This document shows, piece after piece, positions 8,733 through 18,497 of a stretch of DNA of 42,198 nucleotides. The stretch is from Tissierellia bacterium. GTDB lineage: Bacteria > Bacillota > Clostridia > Peptostreptococcales > Acidaminobacteraceae. The notes under the pieces were generated by a model. It made no database searches. It was given only the letters and a program-made list of their open reading frames with translations, and was not told the DNA's origin. How positions within the stretch are numbered: position 1 is the stretch's first letter; the number at the start of each line of letters is the position of its first letter. The stretch covers positions 1 to 42,198 of the forward strand of contig DUVM01000038.1 of NCBI GenBank assembly GCA_012841045.1, read 5' to 3'. A program made the position numbers and the translations under genes.

Positions 8733-11384
8733 ATGTCCACAAAACTTGTCTACACCTTTATGGAGGGAAACCGTGACATGCGAGACCTCCTAGGAGGTAA
8801 AGGCGCCAACCTTGCCGAGATGACCAATATTGGCCTTCCTGTTCCGCAAGGATTCACCATCACAACAGAAGCCTGCAATGAGTATTATGCTCAGGGAAAA
8901 ACCATTTGGCAGGACCTGCGTGATGAAATCTTCCAACATATGTCGATGCTCGAAAAAGAAACCGGCAAAACCTTTGGCGGTACGGTCAATCCACTCCTTG
9001 TCTCGGTTCGTTCCGGCGCTAAGTTCTCGATGCCTGGAATGATGGACACCGTTTTGAACCTCGGCCTCAATGACGAAGTGATCGAAACCCTGATCAAAGA
9101 AAGCGGCAATGAGCGCTTTGTCTACGACAGCTACCGCCGATTCATTCAGATGTTTTCCGATGTTGTCATGGAAATCCCCAAATCGCACTTTGAGCGTGTA
9201 TTTGACGAAATCAAAGAAAAAAAAGGCGTCAAGGAAGATACCGAGCTGAGTGCACAGGACCTCCAAGAGGTTGTCGAGCGCTTTAAAGAGATCTATAAAG
9301 AATCGATTGGCCAAGACTTTCCTCAGGATCCTAAAGAGCAGCTGATCGAAGCGGTCACCGCTGTTTTTCGAAGTTGGGACAATCCTCGTGCCAACATCTA
9401 TAGAAACGAAAACCACATACCCCATAATTTAGGAACAGCTGTCAACGTTCAATCCATGGTCTACGGAAACATGGGAGACGACTGCGGCACGGGTGTCGCC
9501 TTTACGCGTGACCCTGCCACCGGTGAAAACAATCTCTTCGGGGAATTCCTGATGAACGCACAGGGAGAAGATGTCGTCGCCGGCATCCGCACCCCCATTT
9601 CCATCGATCAGCTCCATGAAGTTAATCCGGAAGTCTATGAGCAGTTTAAGAAAGTCTGCAACATCCTCGAAGAACACTATAAAGATATGCAAGATATCGA
9701 GTTTACCATTGAAAAAGGTAAGCTCTACATCCTTCAGACCCGAAACGGAAAACGTACCGCCCAGGCGTCCCTTCGTGTCGCCGTGGAATTGGTCGAAGCA
9801 GGAAAAATCACTAAAGAAGAAGCCGTGCTTCGCATTGAGCCAGCACAGCTTGACCATCTGCTCCACCCGGCATTTGATGAAAAAGCGCTTGAGAAAGCAA
9901 CCGTGATTGCCCACGGTCTCAATGCTTCTCCGGGAGCCGCCAGCGGAAAGGTATACTTCACCGCCGACAGCGCCGTGGAAGCCGCCAAAAGAGGCGAAAA
10001 AGTCATTTTGGTGCGCGTGGAAACATCTCCTGAAGACTTAGAAGGCATGATCAGCGCCGAAGGAATCCTCACCGCACGCGGAGGACGCACCTCGCATGCA
10101 GCTGTTGTGGCTCGCGGCATGGGCAAATGCTGCGTCGCAGGAGCCGGAGGTGTGCAGGTTCGCGAAGCTGAGCGCCTCTTTGTCGCCAATGGAAAAGAAT
10201 ATCCAGAAGGCAGTGTTATTTCTCTTGATGGCACCACAGGTTACGTATACGAGGGTGAAGTCGGAACACGACCGCCGGAATTGAGCGGACATTTTGCCAC
10301 ACTCATGGAGTGGGCAGACAGCTACCGCCGACTCCATGTACGCGCCAATGCCGACACACCCAGAGACTCCCTGCAATCCATCAAATTCGGAGCAGAGGGC
10401 ATTGGACTGACTCGCACGGAGCACATGTTCTTTGAAGGCGGCCGCATCAAAGCGATGCGCGAGATGATCCTCTCCTCCTCGCTAGAAGAGCGAGAAGCGG
10501 CGCTTGCCAAACTCCTTCCCTATCAACGAGAAGACTTCATTGGCATTTTCCGCGCGATGGAACATCGACCCGTCACCATCCGCCTACTCGACCCACCTCT
10601 TCATGAGTTCCTGCCCCATACCGATCAAGAAGTGGAAGAATTGGCAAAAGAGATGAACATCTCGCCGCTTACCCTAAAAGCGCACGCAGAATCCCTGCAT
10701 GAGTTCAACCCGATGCTCGGTCACCGCGGTTGCCGTTTGGCCATCACCTATCCGGAGATCGCCGCCATGCAGACGCGCGCCATCATTGAGGCAGCCATTC
10801 ATGTGAAAAAAGAAGACGGGATCGACGTACACCCGGAGATCATGATTCCTCTTATCGGAGATGTCAAAGAGCTGACATATCTTGAGACGATCGTCCGAGG
10901 AGAAGCCGACCAACTGATAGAAGAAGCTGGGGTTGAGCTTAACTACATGTTCGGCACCATGATCGAAGTGCCAAGAAGCTGTTTTGTCGCCGACGACGTC
11001 GCAGAGAGCGCCGAGTTCTTCAGCTTCGGCACCAATGACCTCACACAGATGGCTTATGGATTTAGCCGCGACGATGCACAGAAATTTATCGACGACTACC
11101 TTGAAAAAGGCATCTTTGAGCGCGATCCGTTCGTCACGATCGATCAGGTCGGCGTCGGAGCCCTCATGGATATGGGCGTCAAGCTCGGTAAAAAAGTGCG
11201 TCCGGACATTGAACTGGGCATCTGCGGAGAGCACGGCGGAGACCCCGAGAGTGTCAAATTCTGCCACCGCGTTGGCCTTGATTATGTCTCCTGTTCTCCC
11301 TTCCGCGTGCCGATTGCTAGGCTCGCCGCTGCGCAGGCTGCCATTGAAGAAACACACGGAGAATCGGAACACACCAGTAAATAG
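8733..11384 (+). CDS. ppdK: Pyruvate, phosphate dikinase
   Basis: The 883-aa product carries GGKGANLAEM, the phosphohistidine loop TARGGRTSHAAVVARGMG and the C-terminal GICGEHGGDP. Confidence 0.95.
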   Translation: MSTKLVYTFMEGNRDMRDLLGGKGANLAEMTNIGLPVPQGFTITTEACNEYYAQGKTIWQDLRDEIFQHMSMLEKETGKTFGGTVNPLLVSVRSGAKFSMPGMMDTVLNLGLNDEVIETLIKESGNERFVYDSYRRFIQMFSDVVMEIPKSHFERVFDEIKEKKGVKEDTELSAQDLQEVVERFKEIYKESIGQDFPQDPKEQLIEAVTAVFRSWDNPRANIYRNENHIPHNLGTAVNVQSMVYGNMGDDCGTGVAFTRDPATGENNLFGEFLMNAQGEDVVAGIRTPISIDQLHEVNPEVYEQFKKVCNILEEHYKDMQDIEFTIEKGKLYILQTRNGKRTAQASLRVAVELVEAGKITKEEAVLRIEPAQLDHLLHPAFDEKALEKATVIAHGLNASPGAASGKVYFTADSAVEAAKRGEKVILVRVETSPEDLEGMISAEGILTARGGRTSHAAVVARGMGKCCVAGAGGVQVREAERLFVANGKEYPEGSVISLDGTTGYVYEGEVGTRPPELSGHFATLMEWADSYRRLHVRANADTPRDSLQSIKFGAEGIGLTRTEHMFFEGGRIKAMREMILSSSLEEREAALAKLLPYQREDFIGIFRAMEHRPVTIRLLDPPLHEFLPHTDQEVEELAKEMNISPLTLKAHAESLHEFNPMLGHRGCRLAITYPEIAAMQTRAIIEAAIHVKKEDGIDVHPEIMIPLIGDVKELTYLETIVRGEADQLIEEAGVELNYMFGTMIEVPRSCFVADDVAESAEFFSFGTNDLTQMAYGFSRDDAQKFIDDYLEKGIFERDPFVTIDQVGVGALMDMGVKLGKKVRPDIELGICGEHGGDPESVKFCHRVGLDYVSCSPFRVPIARLAAAQAAIEETHGESEHTSK

Positions 11385-11389
11385 ATCGT

Positions 11390-11422
11390 AAGAAGGTCTC
11401 TATTTAGAGACCTTCTTTTTTG
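11390..11422 (+). terminator. Intrinsic terminator after ppdK
   Basis: The hairpin agaaggtctc-tattta-gagaccttct is followed by a T-run. Confidence 0.85.
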
Positions 11423-11445
11423 CCTACTTTCAGAAAAGAGTTATT

Positions 11446-12642
11446 ATGTCAGATTTTGCTGTGCGAGAGTTGTCAGATCAGCATCTCGATCAGTACAACG
11501 CCTTGCTTCGCTACGCCTTTCAAGTCACCGAGAAGATCCTCCAGGATTCGGGATGGGAAGAAGACGACATCATCAAATCCAAATCGCCTATCCTTAAAAG
11601 AGCCCATGTCTTGGGAGCGTTTGATGGCGATACTTTGGTCAGCCAGTTCGCCGTGTATCCTTTGGAGATGAACGTCCACTCCCACACCACGAAGATCGGC
11701 TTTGTCACAAGTGTTGCGACGTATCCCGAATACACAGGATATGGATTGATGAATCGACTGATGAAAGCCAGTCTTAAGCATATGAAGAATGCAGGGCAAT
11801 CTCTTTCGCTCCTGTATCCTTATTCCATTCCCCTATATCGAAAAAAAGGATGGGAGATCATATCAGACAAAATCAACTATCGCATCCGAGACGTCCAGCT
11901 TCCCAAAAACATCTCCGTTCCCGGATACGTTCGTCGGGTCGACTGGGAGAACAAAGACTTCAAGGACCTTCACACCCTCTTTGCCTCAAGAACCCATGGG
12001 TGTATCTACCGAAACGCCCTCGCCTGGGAAGAGTACTGGCGATGGGATGAAGATGACACCACCGTCGCCGTCTACTACAGCAAAGATCATCAGCCGCTCG
12101 GATACATGGTGTATCTGATCAAAGACGACATCATGTTCATTAAAGAGATGATCTACCTTAATACGGAGAGCTGGAAGGGGCTAAGGCGCTTCATCAGCGC
12201 CCATGAATCCATGGTCTATGAAGTCCGAGGCGCCAGCTATTACAGTGAGCCGATTGCCTTTGGCCTTGAAGACAGCGACATCAAAGAATACATACGCCCG
12301 TATATCATGGGACGCATTGTAGACGTAGAGGCCTTTTTGAAGACGTACCGCTGGAATTTAGATGTCTCAGGGCATGTCACACTGATCATTTCCGATCCTC
12401 TTCTAGAGTGGAACAACCGGCGTTTGTCCTTACGCGTAGACGAGGGACAAGGGGAACTCATCACAGAAGAGAGTATGCACACCGTGGAGCTTTCCATCGG
12501 GTCACTGACGACGTGGCTCATGGGCTATAAGCGAGCGACGGAGCTTCTTCGGTTGGAACATCTCAAGACACAAGAGCAAACCGCTCGGATGATGGATCGA
12601 CTCGTACTCCCTGAGAAACCCTATATCTCCGACTATATCTAA
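11446..12642 (+). CDS. Eis-like GNAT acetyltransferase with a C-terminal SCP2-like domain
   Basis: The 398-aa product has an N-terminal GNAT core (VATYPEYTGYGLMNRLMK). Its length and tail resemble Eis-family proteins, judged from memory. Confidence 0.6.
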   Translation: MSDFAVRELSDQHLDQYNALLRYAFQVTEKILQDSGWEEDDIIKSKSPILKRAHVLGAFDGDTLVSQFAVYPLEMNVHSHTTKIGFVTSVATYPEYTGYGLMNRLMKASLKHMKNAGQSLSLLYPYSIPLYRKKGWEIISDKINYRIRDVQLPKNISVPGYVRRVDWENKDFKDLHTLFASRTHGCIYRNALAWEEYWRWDEDDTTVAVYYSKDHQPLGYMVYLIKDDIMFIKEMIYLNTESWKGLRRFISAHESMVYEVRGASYYSEPIAFGLEDSDIKEYIRPYIMGRIVDVEAFLKTYRWNLDVSGHVTLIISDPLLEWNNRRLSLRVDEGQGELITEESMHTVELSIGSLTTWLMGYKRATELLRLEHLKTQEQTARMMDRLVLPEKPYISDYI

Positions 12643-12662
12643 ACGAAAAATACATCGTTAGG

Positions 12663-12692
12663 TTCACTCAACTGTCTGAGTGGACTTTTTTT
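12663..12692 (+). terminator. Intrinsic terminator
   Basis: The hairpin ttcactca-actgtc-tgagtgga is followed by a T-run. Confidence 0.75.
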
Positions 12693-12726
12693 GTTAGAAA
12701 CGTCGCGTGTCAACTCCTCTTCTTAG

Positions 12727-12755
12727 TTGCAATTTGTGAGCTTCGATTATATATT
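12727..12755 (+). promoter_or_regulatory. Putative sigma-A promoter (TTGCAA-17 nt-TATATT) for the zinc-ribbon / 844-aa gene pair
   Basis: Hexamers and spacing were read directly. An 8-bp inverted repeat (ATCAAAAG-N5-CTTTTGAT, 12797-12817) lies between it and the RBS. Confidence 0.4.
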
Positions 12756-12857
12756 ATAGTCAATCAGCTATTATTGGAAAAAGATTACTTTTCTCTATCA
12801 AAAGGGAAACTTTTGATCTATCCGCTCGAACTATCTACGACGTGATTAGGAGCCATT

Positions 12858-13487
12858 ATGTACTGTACGAACTGCGGCACTCACTTAGAAGAGATAAACG
12901 GCACGCATTGTCCACACTGCGCTCATCCGATTCATGCGAGAAGAAAGCGCTCTTCAGAGTCGCTGGCTGAACCATTAAGTGAGAAATCTTCAGAAAAAAA
13001 AGCGAGAAGCAGACGTTCTTTTCTTCTTTTCGCTGGACTCCTCATTGTTGTTTCTATCTTCTTGATCCTGTTTCTTCCCAAATTCTTTCATGATGGGGAT
13101 TCAGAGACCCCCGAAGCGCTCCCTTTCCAGACCATTGACGCTGCCTTTTATCAACGTGTGAAAGTGGACATCGATCAAAGTAGCGTCTCAGACGGCAAGG
13201 CAAATGTACGGATTACCCTTCCGGACCTTGTCAAGATTGTCGACGCTTTGATGAGCGAACAACCGGATCTGTCCGAGACAGAATTCTTCGAAGAAATCTT
13301 GGCGCAGATGGATCGCCATGTCCTGGAAAAAGAATTCATCATGAGGGTGACTCAAAATCATGGACAATGGGAGCTGTCATCTTCTGAGGAAATAGACCGG
13401 GTGCTTGGCGAAACACTCGATGAATTTCTCCTCCACTATCTGATGCAAATGGAATTTGAAGCCATGGAAAGGGAGGTAAACCCATGA
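12858..13487 (+). CDS. Zinc-ribbon domain membrane protein
   Basis: The N-terminus reads CTNCG...CPHCAHP, followed by a basic linker, one TM (FLLFAGLLIVVSIFLILFL) and an extracytoplasmic domain of about 130 aa. The RBS is AGGAG. Confidence 0.65.
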   Translation: MYCTNCGTHLEEINGTHCPHCAHPIHARRKRSSESLAEPLSEKSSEKKARSRRSFLLFAGLLIVVSIFLILFLPKFFHDGDSETPEALPFQTIDAAFYQRVKVDIDQSSVSDGKANVRITLPDLVKIVDALMSEQPDLSETEFFEEILAQMDRHVLEKEFIMRVTQNHGQWELSSSEEIDRVLGETLDEFLLHYLMQMEFEAMEREVNP

Positions 13488-16018
13488 AGAAAGTCATCAG
13501 TTTGCTTCTCGCTTGTCTGGTTCTCTTAAGCCCATTAGCGGTCTTTGGAAACAGACATGTCACGTACGGAGATTTTCCCGAAGCGTATGACGAAATCTTC
13601 GAGATGGATCAATACACCCAGTTGGTCCACGCAAACTATCAGAGCCAACTGAGTAGCGGCATTTGGCCTTCTATCACGAATCATGACTACTATGCATATC
13701 TGAGCTTCTCTGATCAAATCCGTCAAGACAAAAAACTCAACTACATGGTCTGGCTTCTCTCCACCCTTACGGACAGCTCTGTAGACAGACTCAAAAGAAC
13801 CGCTACGTCTAATATAGACAACAAGCTCGATATTGACGCGTCGGTCGAAACCAATATTAAGATCCTTCTCAACCTGTTAAATATCATGGATGTGGATCTC
13901 GACCGTGCAGACCGTGTGTTGAGAGAATTCGACACGATCGACAGGATTTTTCCCTTGTCTTCCTCGTCCTGGAAAAGCATCGGAAAGTTGGTGCTCGACG
14001 GCCTTGGCATCGTGTCCGATGCCGCCTTCTTTGAGCTGGATCTCTCCCTCGACGCAAAGAAGGCGATGGGGGTGTCTATCGACAGCGAGCTTGTCCATCT
14101 CGGATTTTTAGAGTTTTCTGACGGATTTGTCAGCGAAGTCTTTGACAAAGCCGAAGATTATCTTCTCCTTGAAAAGATGCTGCAAAGTTATAAAGCCCAT
14201 CATGCATTTTTGACATCGATCATCGATCATACATCAAATGAGAAGTTGCGCCTTGCAGCCAAGGCGCTTCGAGACTTCACCCATCAAACTTTTTCTATCA
14301 AACTTCAACTGAGCGCAGAGCTGATTAAAAGCGAAACGGTCAAATTAAGTATGGACTACGCATTAGAGGACCTGGCCGAATCCTTTTATGATCGATATTC
14401 AATGAATCCCAATCTCTGGGAACCATCCCAACAGAGCATTGCCACGACAGCGAGCGACTTGGTGAAGTTCGCCAAAGCATTTAAAATAGGTGCAAAGATC
14501 GGCGTGTTTGCAGGGGACGCATTGGTCGGCGCCTCAAAGATGGTGGAGCGGGTGTATGAGATCAACACCTTGTCAGATATCCACAGAGCACTTGTGGAAG
14601 ATATGGAGAATTACAAAGGTGCTGGCGTACACGACTATGAAAAAATCCATCGCGCGTATGAGACGATGAAAAACGTGATGTATGTCAATCTGCGTGGCAA
14701 CTACTGTTTCTATGAAATGATCCAATCCGACTCACAGTTACTTAGCCTCTGGCATAAATTCTACGGTCGAAATGTCGACACGGATGAATGGATGCAAAAG
14801 ACGCTAGACATTCACAAGGAGCAGGTAGGGATTTTAACAGGAGAGGGATATTACCCGAATATCTTCTTTAGCCTAAAAGACAATCAAGATGAAGTATTTG
14901 CGTCCATGGTGCAAGGCTACTTGCCATTTCTCAAAAGATTGCAGGAAGATCCCGCCGGCGTCGCTTTGGAGTTTGGACTGTTTGAAGATCCGTACTATAG
15001 CTATCCGCCGCAGGAGCAGCATGCTGACAATATCTATGATGTAGGGTATGCCTTTGCTGATCTGGATCTAGACGGTATTCCCGAACTGATCCTTCGTACA
15101 TCCACTCATAACGGGATGTTTTGCACCTTCAACGTATTTACTTTGCGTTCAGGCGTCATGGAGAAGATGATCAGCATCAACGGATTTTACTTTGCCTATT
15201 CAAAAGAAAACATTTATGTCGAATATCTGGATTCTGATTTGACTTGGCTGACGGTGTTTCTTGCCCAAGTGCCGATCTCTTCGATGAGAGAGCGCCAAGT
15301 ATGGTATGTGACAGATTATTATCCCGATATTGCCCACTTTCAGATTGATTCCAGCGGGAACTTCGTTCCTGATGATCCTGCGCAGACATATGTCTTTGAA
15401 GATCAGGGGGTGAAAGTGTTCTATGCTCACGCAGGCGTTCTGAGCATCCGACAGACAGTCGATCAGATGGCATCGGAGGGGGCGAAGCAGTTGTGGTTTA
15501 CTTCTCTGCTCGCCGGTCCTTCCATTGAATCAGAGATGAAACAGGCTGCAAGTTCTTTTAGCTATCATCATGAAGAAGGGTACCCCCTTGACACACTGCA
15601 TGAAAATGTAAAAAAATTCCTCTACCGGGATGACGGCGTACCCTATGAAGAATATAACCAAGCCCAAAGCGTTCCCGCTATCGATCAGCCGCTCCCGGAC
15701 AAGGTGATCATCAAAAATGCTGATGAGATGACGGTTGTAGGGCATGTCGCGTATAAAACCGGCCAAGACGCAATGAACAGAACCGTTGAATACACAGCGA
15801 TCGAATTTGATGAGCCGATGGAGCTGACCATACAATACGAGGGATATTCGCCCTCTGATCTGACCCTTCATTGGATCCAAGTCCCCGATGGTCCTCTGAG
15901 CGATCTGGCGGAGGGGACGCTTGTCGAAGTGAGGGGAAAAGTACTTCTCCGGCAGACCGCCCATCATCAGACGCCCGTCGTGTTTGTGAAGATTTACTCT
16001 TTTGACATTTTGAACTGA
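13484..16018 (+). CDS. Large secreted protein of unknown function (844 aa)
   Basis: It has a signal peptide (MKKVISLLLACLVLLSPLAVFG) and its ATG overlaps the upstream stop (ATGA). The middle carries an ADLDLDGIPELIL motif. The C-terminus (RQTAHHQTPVVFV) resembles DUF4431, from memory only. Confidence 0.7.
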   Translation: MKKVISLLLACLVLLSPLAVFGNRHVTYGDFPEAYDEIFEMDQYTQLVHANYQSQLSSGIWPSITNHDYYAYLSFSDQIRQDKKLNYMVWLLSTLTDSSVDRLKRTATSNIDNKLDIDASVETNIKILLNLLNIMDVDLDRADRVLREFDTIDRIFPLSSSSWKSIGKLVLDGLGIVSDAAFFELDLSLDAKKAMGVSIDSELVHLGFLEFSDGFVSEVFDKAEDYLLLEKMLQSYKAHHAFLTSIIDHTSNEKLRLAAKALRDFTHQTFSIKLQLSAELIKSETVKLSMDYALEDLAESFYDRYSMNPNLWEPSQQSIATTASDLVKFAKAFKIGAKIGVFAGDALVGASKMVERVYEINTLSDIHRALVEDMENYKGAGVHDYEKIHRAYETMKNVMYVNLRGNYCFYEMIQSDSQLLSLWHKFYGRNVDTDEWMQKTLDIHKEQVGILTGEGYYPNIFFSLKDNQDEVFASMVQGYLPFLKRLQEDPAGVALEFGLFEDPYYSYPPQEQHADNIYDVGYAFADLDLDGIPELILRTSTHNGMFCTFNVFTLRSGVMEKMISINGFYFAYSKENIYVEYLDSDLTWLTVFLAQVPISSMRERQVWYVTDYYPDIAHFQIDSSGNFVPDDPAQTYVFEDQGVKVFYAHAGVLSIRQTVDQMASEGAKQLWFTSLLAGPSIESEMKQAASSFSYHHEEGYPLDTLHENVKKFLYRDDGVPYEEYNQAQSVPAIDQPLPDKVIIKNADEMTVVGHVAYKTGQDAMNRTVEYTAIEFDEPMELTIQYEGYSPSDLTLHWIQVPDGPLSDLAEGTLVEVRGKVLLRQTAHHQTPVVFVKIYSFDILN

Positions 16019-16022
16019 CAGC

Positions 16023-16053
16023 AAAAAAGCGATCGAACAGATCGCTTCTTTTT
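16023..16053. terminator. Bidirectional intrinsic terminator
   Basis: The hairpin aagcgatc-gaaca-gatcgctt is flanked by an A-run and a T-run. Confidence 0.8.
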
Positions 16054-16071
16054 CATTTAAGTAGTGAACGA

Positions 16072-16707
16072 CTACTCTCGAATAAAGTTCATCGACGGTT
16101 TGGGTTCCTTTTGTGGAGGAGGCGTTGTTCCGCTTTTCATGTTCTTTAAAATCCACGCCATATTGCGGCTGATCTCTTTTAAGACAGCGGTGCCTTCTTG
16201 GTCTTTTAGCACTTCTCCAGGGGCAGCTCCGTACAGCACAGGCCAATAGCTTCCCGTGGCAAGAATCATCTCCGCATAGGTAAGATAGTGGAGCAGAGAC
16301 TGAAAGGCGGGAAGTCCTCCGGCTCGTCGGACACAGACAAAAGCTGCGGCCACTTTGTGGCGAAACGGATTGACAGGTGCTCTCGAGGTGGCGAAGAATG
16401 CGCGGTCTAGAAATGACTTCATTGTCCCTGTTATCCCTGAATAGTGCACAGGAGAAGCAAGTAAGACAGCGTCTGCCTGCGCTATTTTGTCAATGCCTTC
16501 ATTCACAGGATCATCATCAAACACACATTTGCCTGATTTTGTCTTCGCGCAGTGATTACAGGCTGTGCAGCCCCTGATCACCTGAAGACCGAGGTCAAAT
16601 TTTTCTAATTCAATGCCGTGCAGGGCAAGTTCTTCTTTTACGAGTTCAATGCCCGTCGAGGTATTCCCGTGTATGTGGGGACTTCCGTTGATGGCGAGTA
16701 CTTTCAT
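16072..16707 (-). CDS. Iron-sulfur flavoprotein / NADPH-dependent FMN reductase family
   Basis: The N-terminus is flavodoxin-like (MKVLAINGSPHIHGNT). The compact Cys motif CTACNHCAKTKSGKC (Cx2Cx2Cx7C) is typical of Isf proteins. I chose the ATG at 16707, 7 nt after AGGAGG. The track start is 16713. Confidence 0.7.
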   Translation of the reverse strand: MKVLAINGSPHIHGNTSTGIELVKEELALHGIELEKFDLGLQVIRGCTACNHCAKTKSGKCVFDDDPVNEGIDKIAQADAVLLASPVHYSGITGTMKSFLDRAFFATSRAPVNPFRHKVAAAFVCVRRAGGLPAFQSLLHYLTYAEMILATGSYWPVLYGAAPGEVLKDQEGTAVLKEISRNMAWILKNMKSGTTPPPQKEPKPSMNFIRE

Positions 16708-17063
16708 GATCATGCCTCCTTGCGTAAAAATATGTGATTAATGTATGGTTTCTTATTCGATGCACTCCGGCCTTTTGTGGTAAGGGGATTCTACTCTCTA
16801 TTGCCAGAGCCATTCTCTGTCCTTCGCCGATCTCTTTATCGAGATCTTTAAGCGAAAAGACAAGCTTCCAAGAGATAAACCGATGAAGGTTAGGTGGCGC
16901 TGACCATCATGGTTATCTTCTGTTAGGAACAAAATGTCTATCTATTATATCATATCATCCGAACCATATCCTAAGTGAAACATCTACTTATAGATGAAAT
17001 CCGTCTGTCTCCTTTTCTTCTCCCTCGGGTATACTAAACAATAACTTGTATGCAGGAGTGAAT

Positions 17064-18497
17064 ATGAATCCACAAGATATGTCACGAAAAGAGCTCTCCA
17101 AGGATCTCGCCCGTTTGCAACGAGAGATAAAAGACAAAGGCATTCCCGTCCTTGTCATCTTTGAAGGCTGGGAAAATGCCGGAAAAGGTCGTATGATCCA
17201 GGCATTGATCCGGGACATGGACCCTAGGAGCTTTAAAGTACAGGTCTTTGACACGCCAACAGATGAAGAGAACAGAAAGCCTTTTCTCTGGCGTTTTTGG
17301 AACCGTTTTCCCAAAAGAGGAGATTTTGCTTTCTTTGACCGCTCTTATTATCAGACCTTCACCGAAACCCATCTTTTAGGAAGAGGGCTTGAACAAGACA
17401 ATCTCAAAGATATTTTTGATCTCGAACGCTCTCTTACAGCAGACGGGATGCTAATCCTTAAGTTTTTCCTCGTTGTCAGTAGACAAGTGCAGATTGAAAG
17501 ACATAATGAAGTGGCCTTTAATCCCGCCACCGCCTTTCGCGTCACGCAAAGAGATCTCGATCAGATCGGCAACTACGACGCCTTTGAGAAACTCTTTGAT
17601 CAGATGTTAAAAAACACATCCTCAGATTTTGCTCCATGGCATATTGTTGATACCAGCAATGAAAAGCATGCGGCAGAAGAAATCCTTCGTATCGTGCACC
17701 GCTCGCTTACCGATGCACTCGCTTCAGAAAAGAAGCCGGCTACATCCAGAGATATTATGGATATACCGAATCTTCTGAGCGAAGTGGACCTGGATGTGCG
17801 AATCGAAAAAAGTGTCTATGAGCAAAAACTTGATCCTCTTCAGGAGAAAGCAAAAGACCTTGCCTACACCCTCTACACCCGAAAAATCCCTACGGTGCTT
17901 GTCTTTGAGGGATGGGACGCTGCTGGAAAAGGCGGAGCCATCAAACGCCTGACGCGAGAAATGGATCCGCGGGGCTATGAAGTAGTGCCGATTGCGGCAC
18001 CGACTCCTGTGGAGCATCAATACCACTATCTCTGGCGCTTCTTTGTCCATCTGCCTAAGACAGGCCATATGACCATCTTTGACCGCAGTTGGTACGGAAG
18101 ACTCATGGTCGAGCGAGTGGAAGGTTTTGCCCAGCCCGAAGAATGGGATCGTGCCTTTGAAGAGATCAATGAATTTGAAGAACATCTCAGCAACTGGGGG
18201 GCCATCGTGCTCAAGTTCTTTATCCATATCGATCCTGACACCCAGCTCGAGCGCTTTGAAGCGCGCGAAGAAGATGAAAGTAAAAACTACAAAATCACCG
18301 ATGAAGACTGGCGCAACAGAGATAAATGGTATGAATACGAAGAAGCCATCAACGAAATGCTCTGGCGCACCGACACCTCCCGTGCTCCTTGGATCATTGT
18401 GGAGGGCAATCAGAAAGAACACGCACGCATCAAAGTGCTAGAGACGTTTATAAATGCAGCCGAAAAGAGACTCGAGGAGGAGTACTATGACCAATAA
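17064..18497 (+). CDS. Two-domain polyphosphate kinase 2 family protein (polyphosphate:AMP phosphotransferase-like)
   Basis: There are two PPK2 repeats. Domain 2 has FEGWDAAGKGG and YLWRFFVHLPKTGHMTIFDRSWY. Domain 1 has FEGWENAGKGR and FLWRFWNRFPKRGDFAFFDRSYY. The ATG at 17064 follows AGGAGTG. Confidence 0.85.
   Translation: MNPQDMSRKELSKDLARLQREIKDKGIPVLVIFEGWENAGKGRMIQALIRDMDPRSFKVQVFDTPTDEENRKPFLWRFWNRFPKRGDFAFFDRSYYQTFTETHLLGRGLEQDNLKDIFDLERSLTADGMLILKFFLVVSRQVQIERHNEVAFNPATAFRVTQRDLDQIGNYDAFEKLFDQMLKNTSSDFAPWHIVDTSNEKHAAEEILRIVHRSLTDALASEKKPATSRDIMDIPNLLSEVDLDVRIEKSVYEQKLDPLQEKAKDLAYTLYTRKIPTVLVFEGWDAAGKGGAIKRLTREMDPRGYEVVPIAAPTPVEHQYHYLWRFFVHLPKTGHMTIFDRSWYGRLMVERVEGFAQPEEWDRAFEEINEFEEHLSNWGAIVLKFFIHIDPDTQLERFEAREEDESKNYKITDEDWRNRDKWYEYEEAINEMLWRTDTSRAPWIIVEGNQKEHARIKVLETFINAAEKRLEEEYYDQ

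Noticed and set aside
10674-11372. Long antisense ORFs inside confident genes. Examples are 10674-11372 in ppdK, 17724-18422 in PPK2, 15530-16246 in the 844-aa gene, 39123-39746 opposite tadA, 26840-27331 opposite dnaN, 23980-24528 opposite the formamidase gene and 5971-6510 within the MFS gene.
   Set aside because: Each lies wholly within or opposite a gene that has strong family motifs. Their translations are low-complexity, Arg/Ser/Cys-rich and lack RBSs. This is typical shadow-ORF behaviour.
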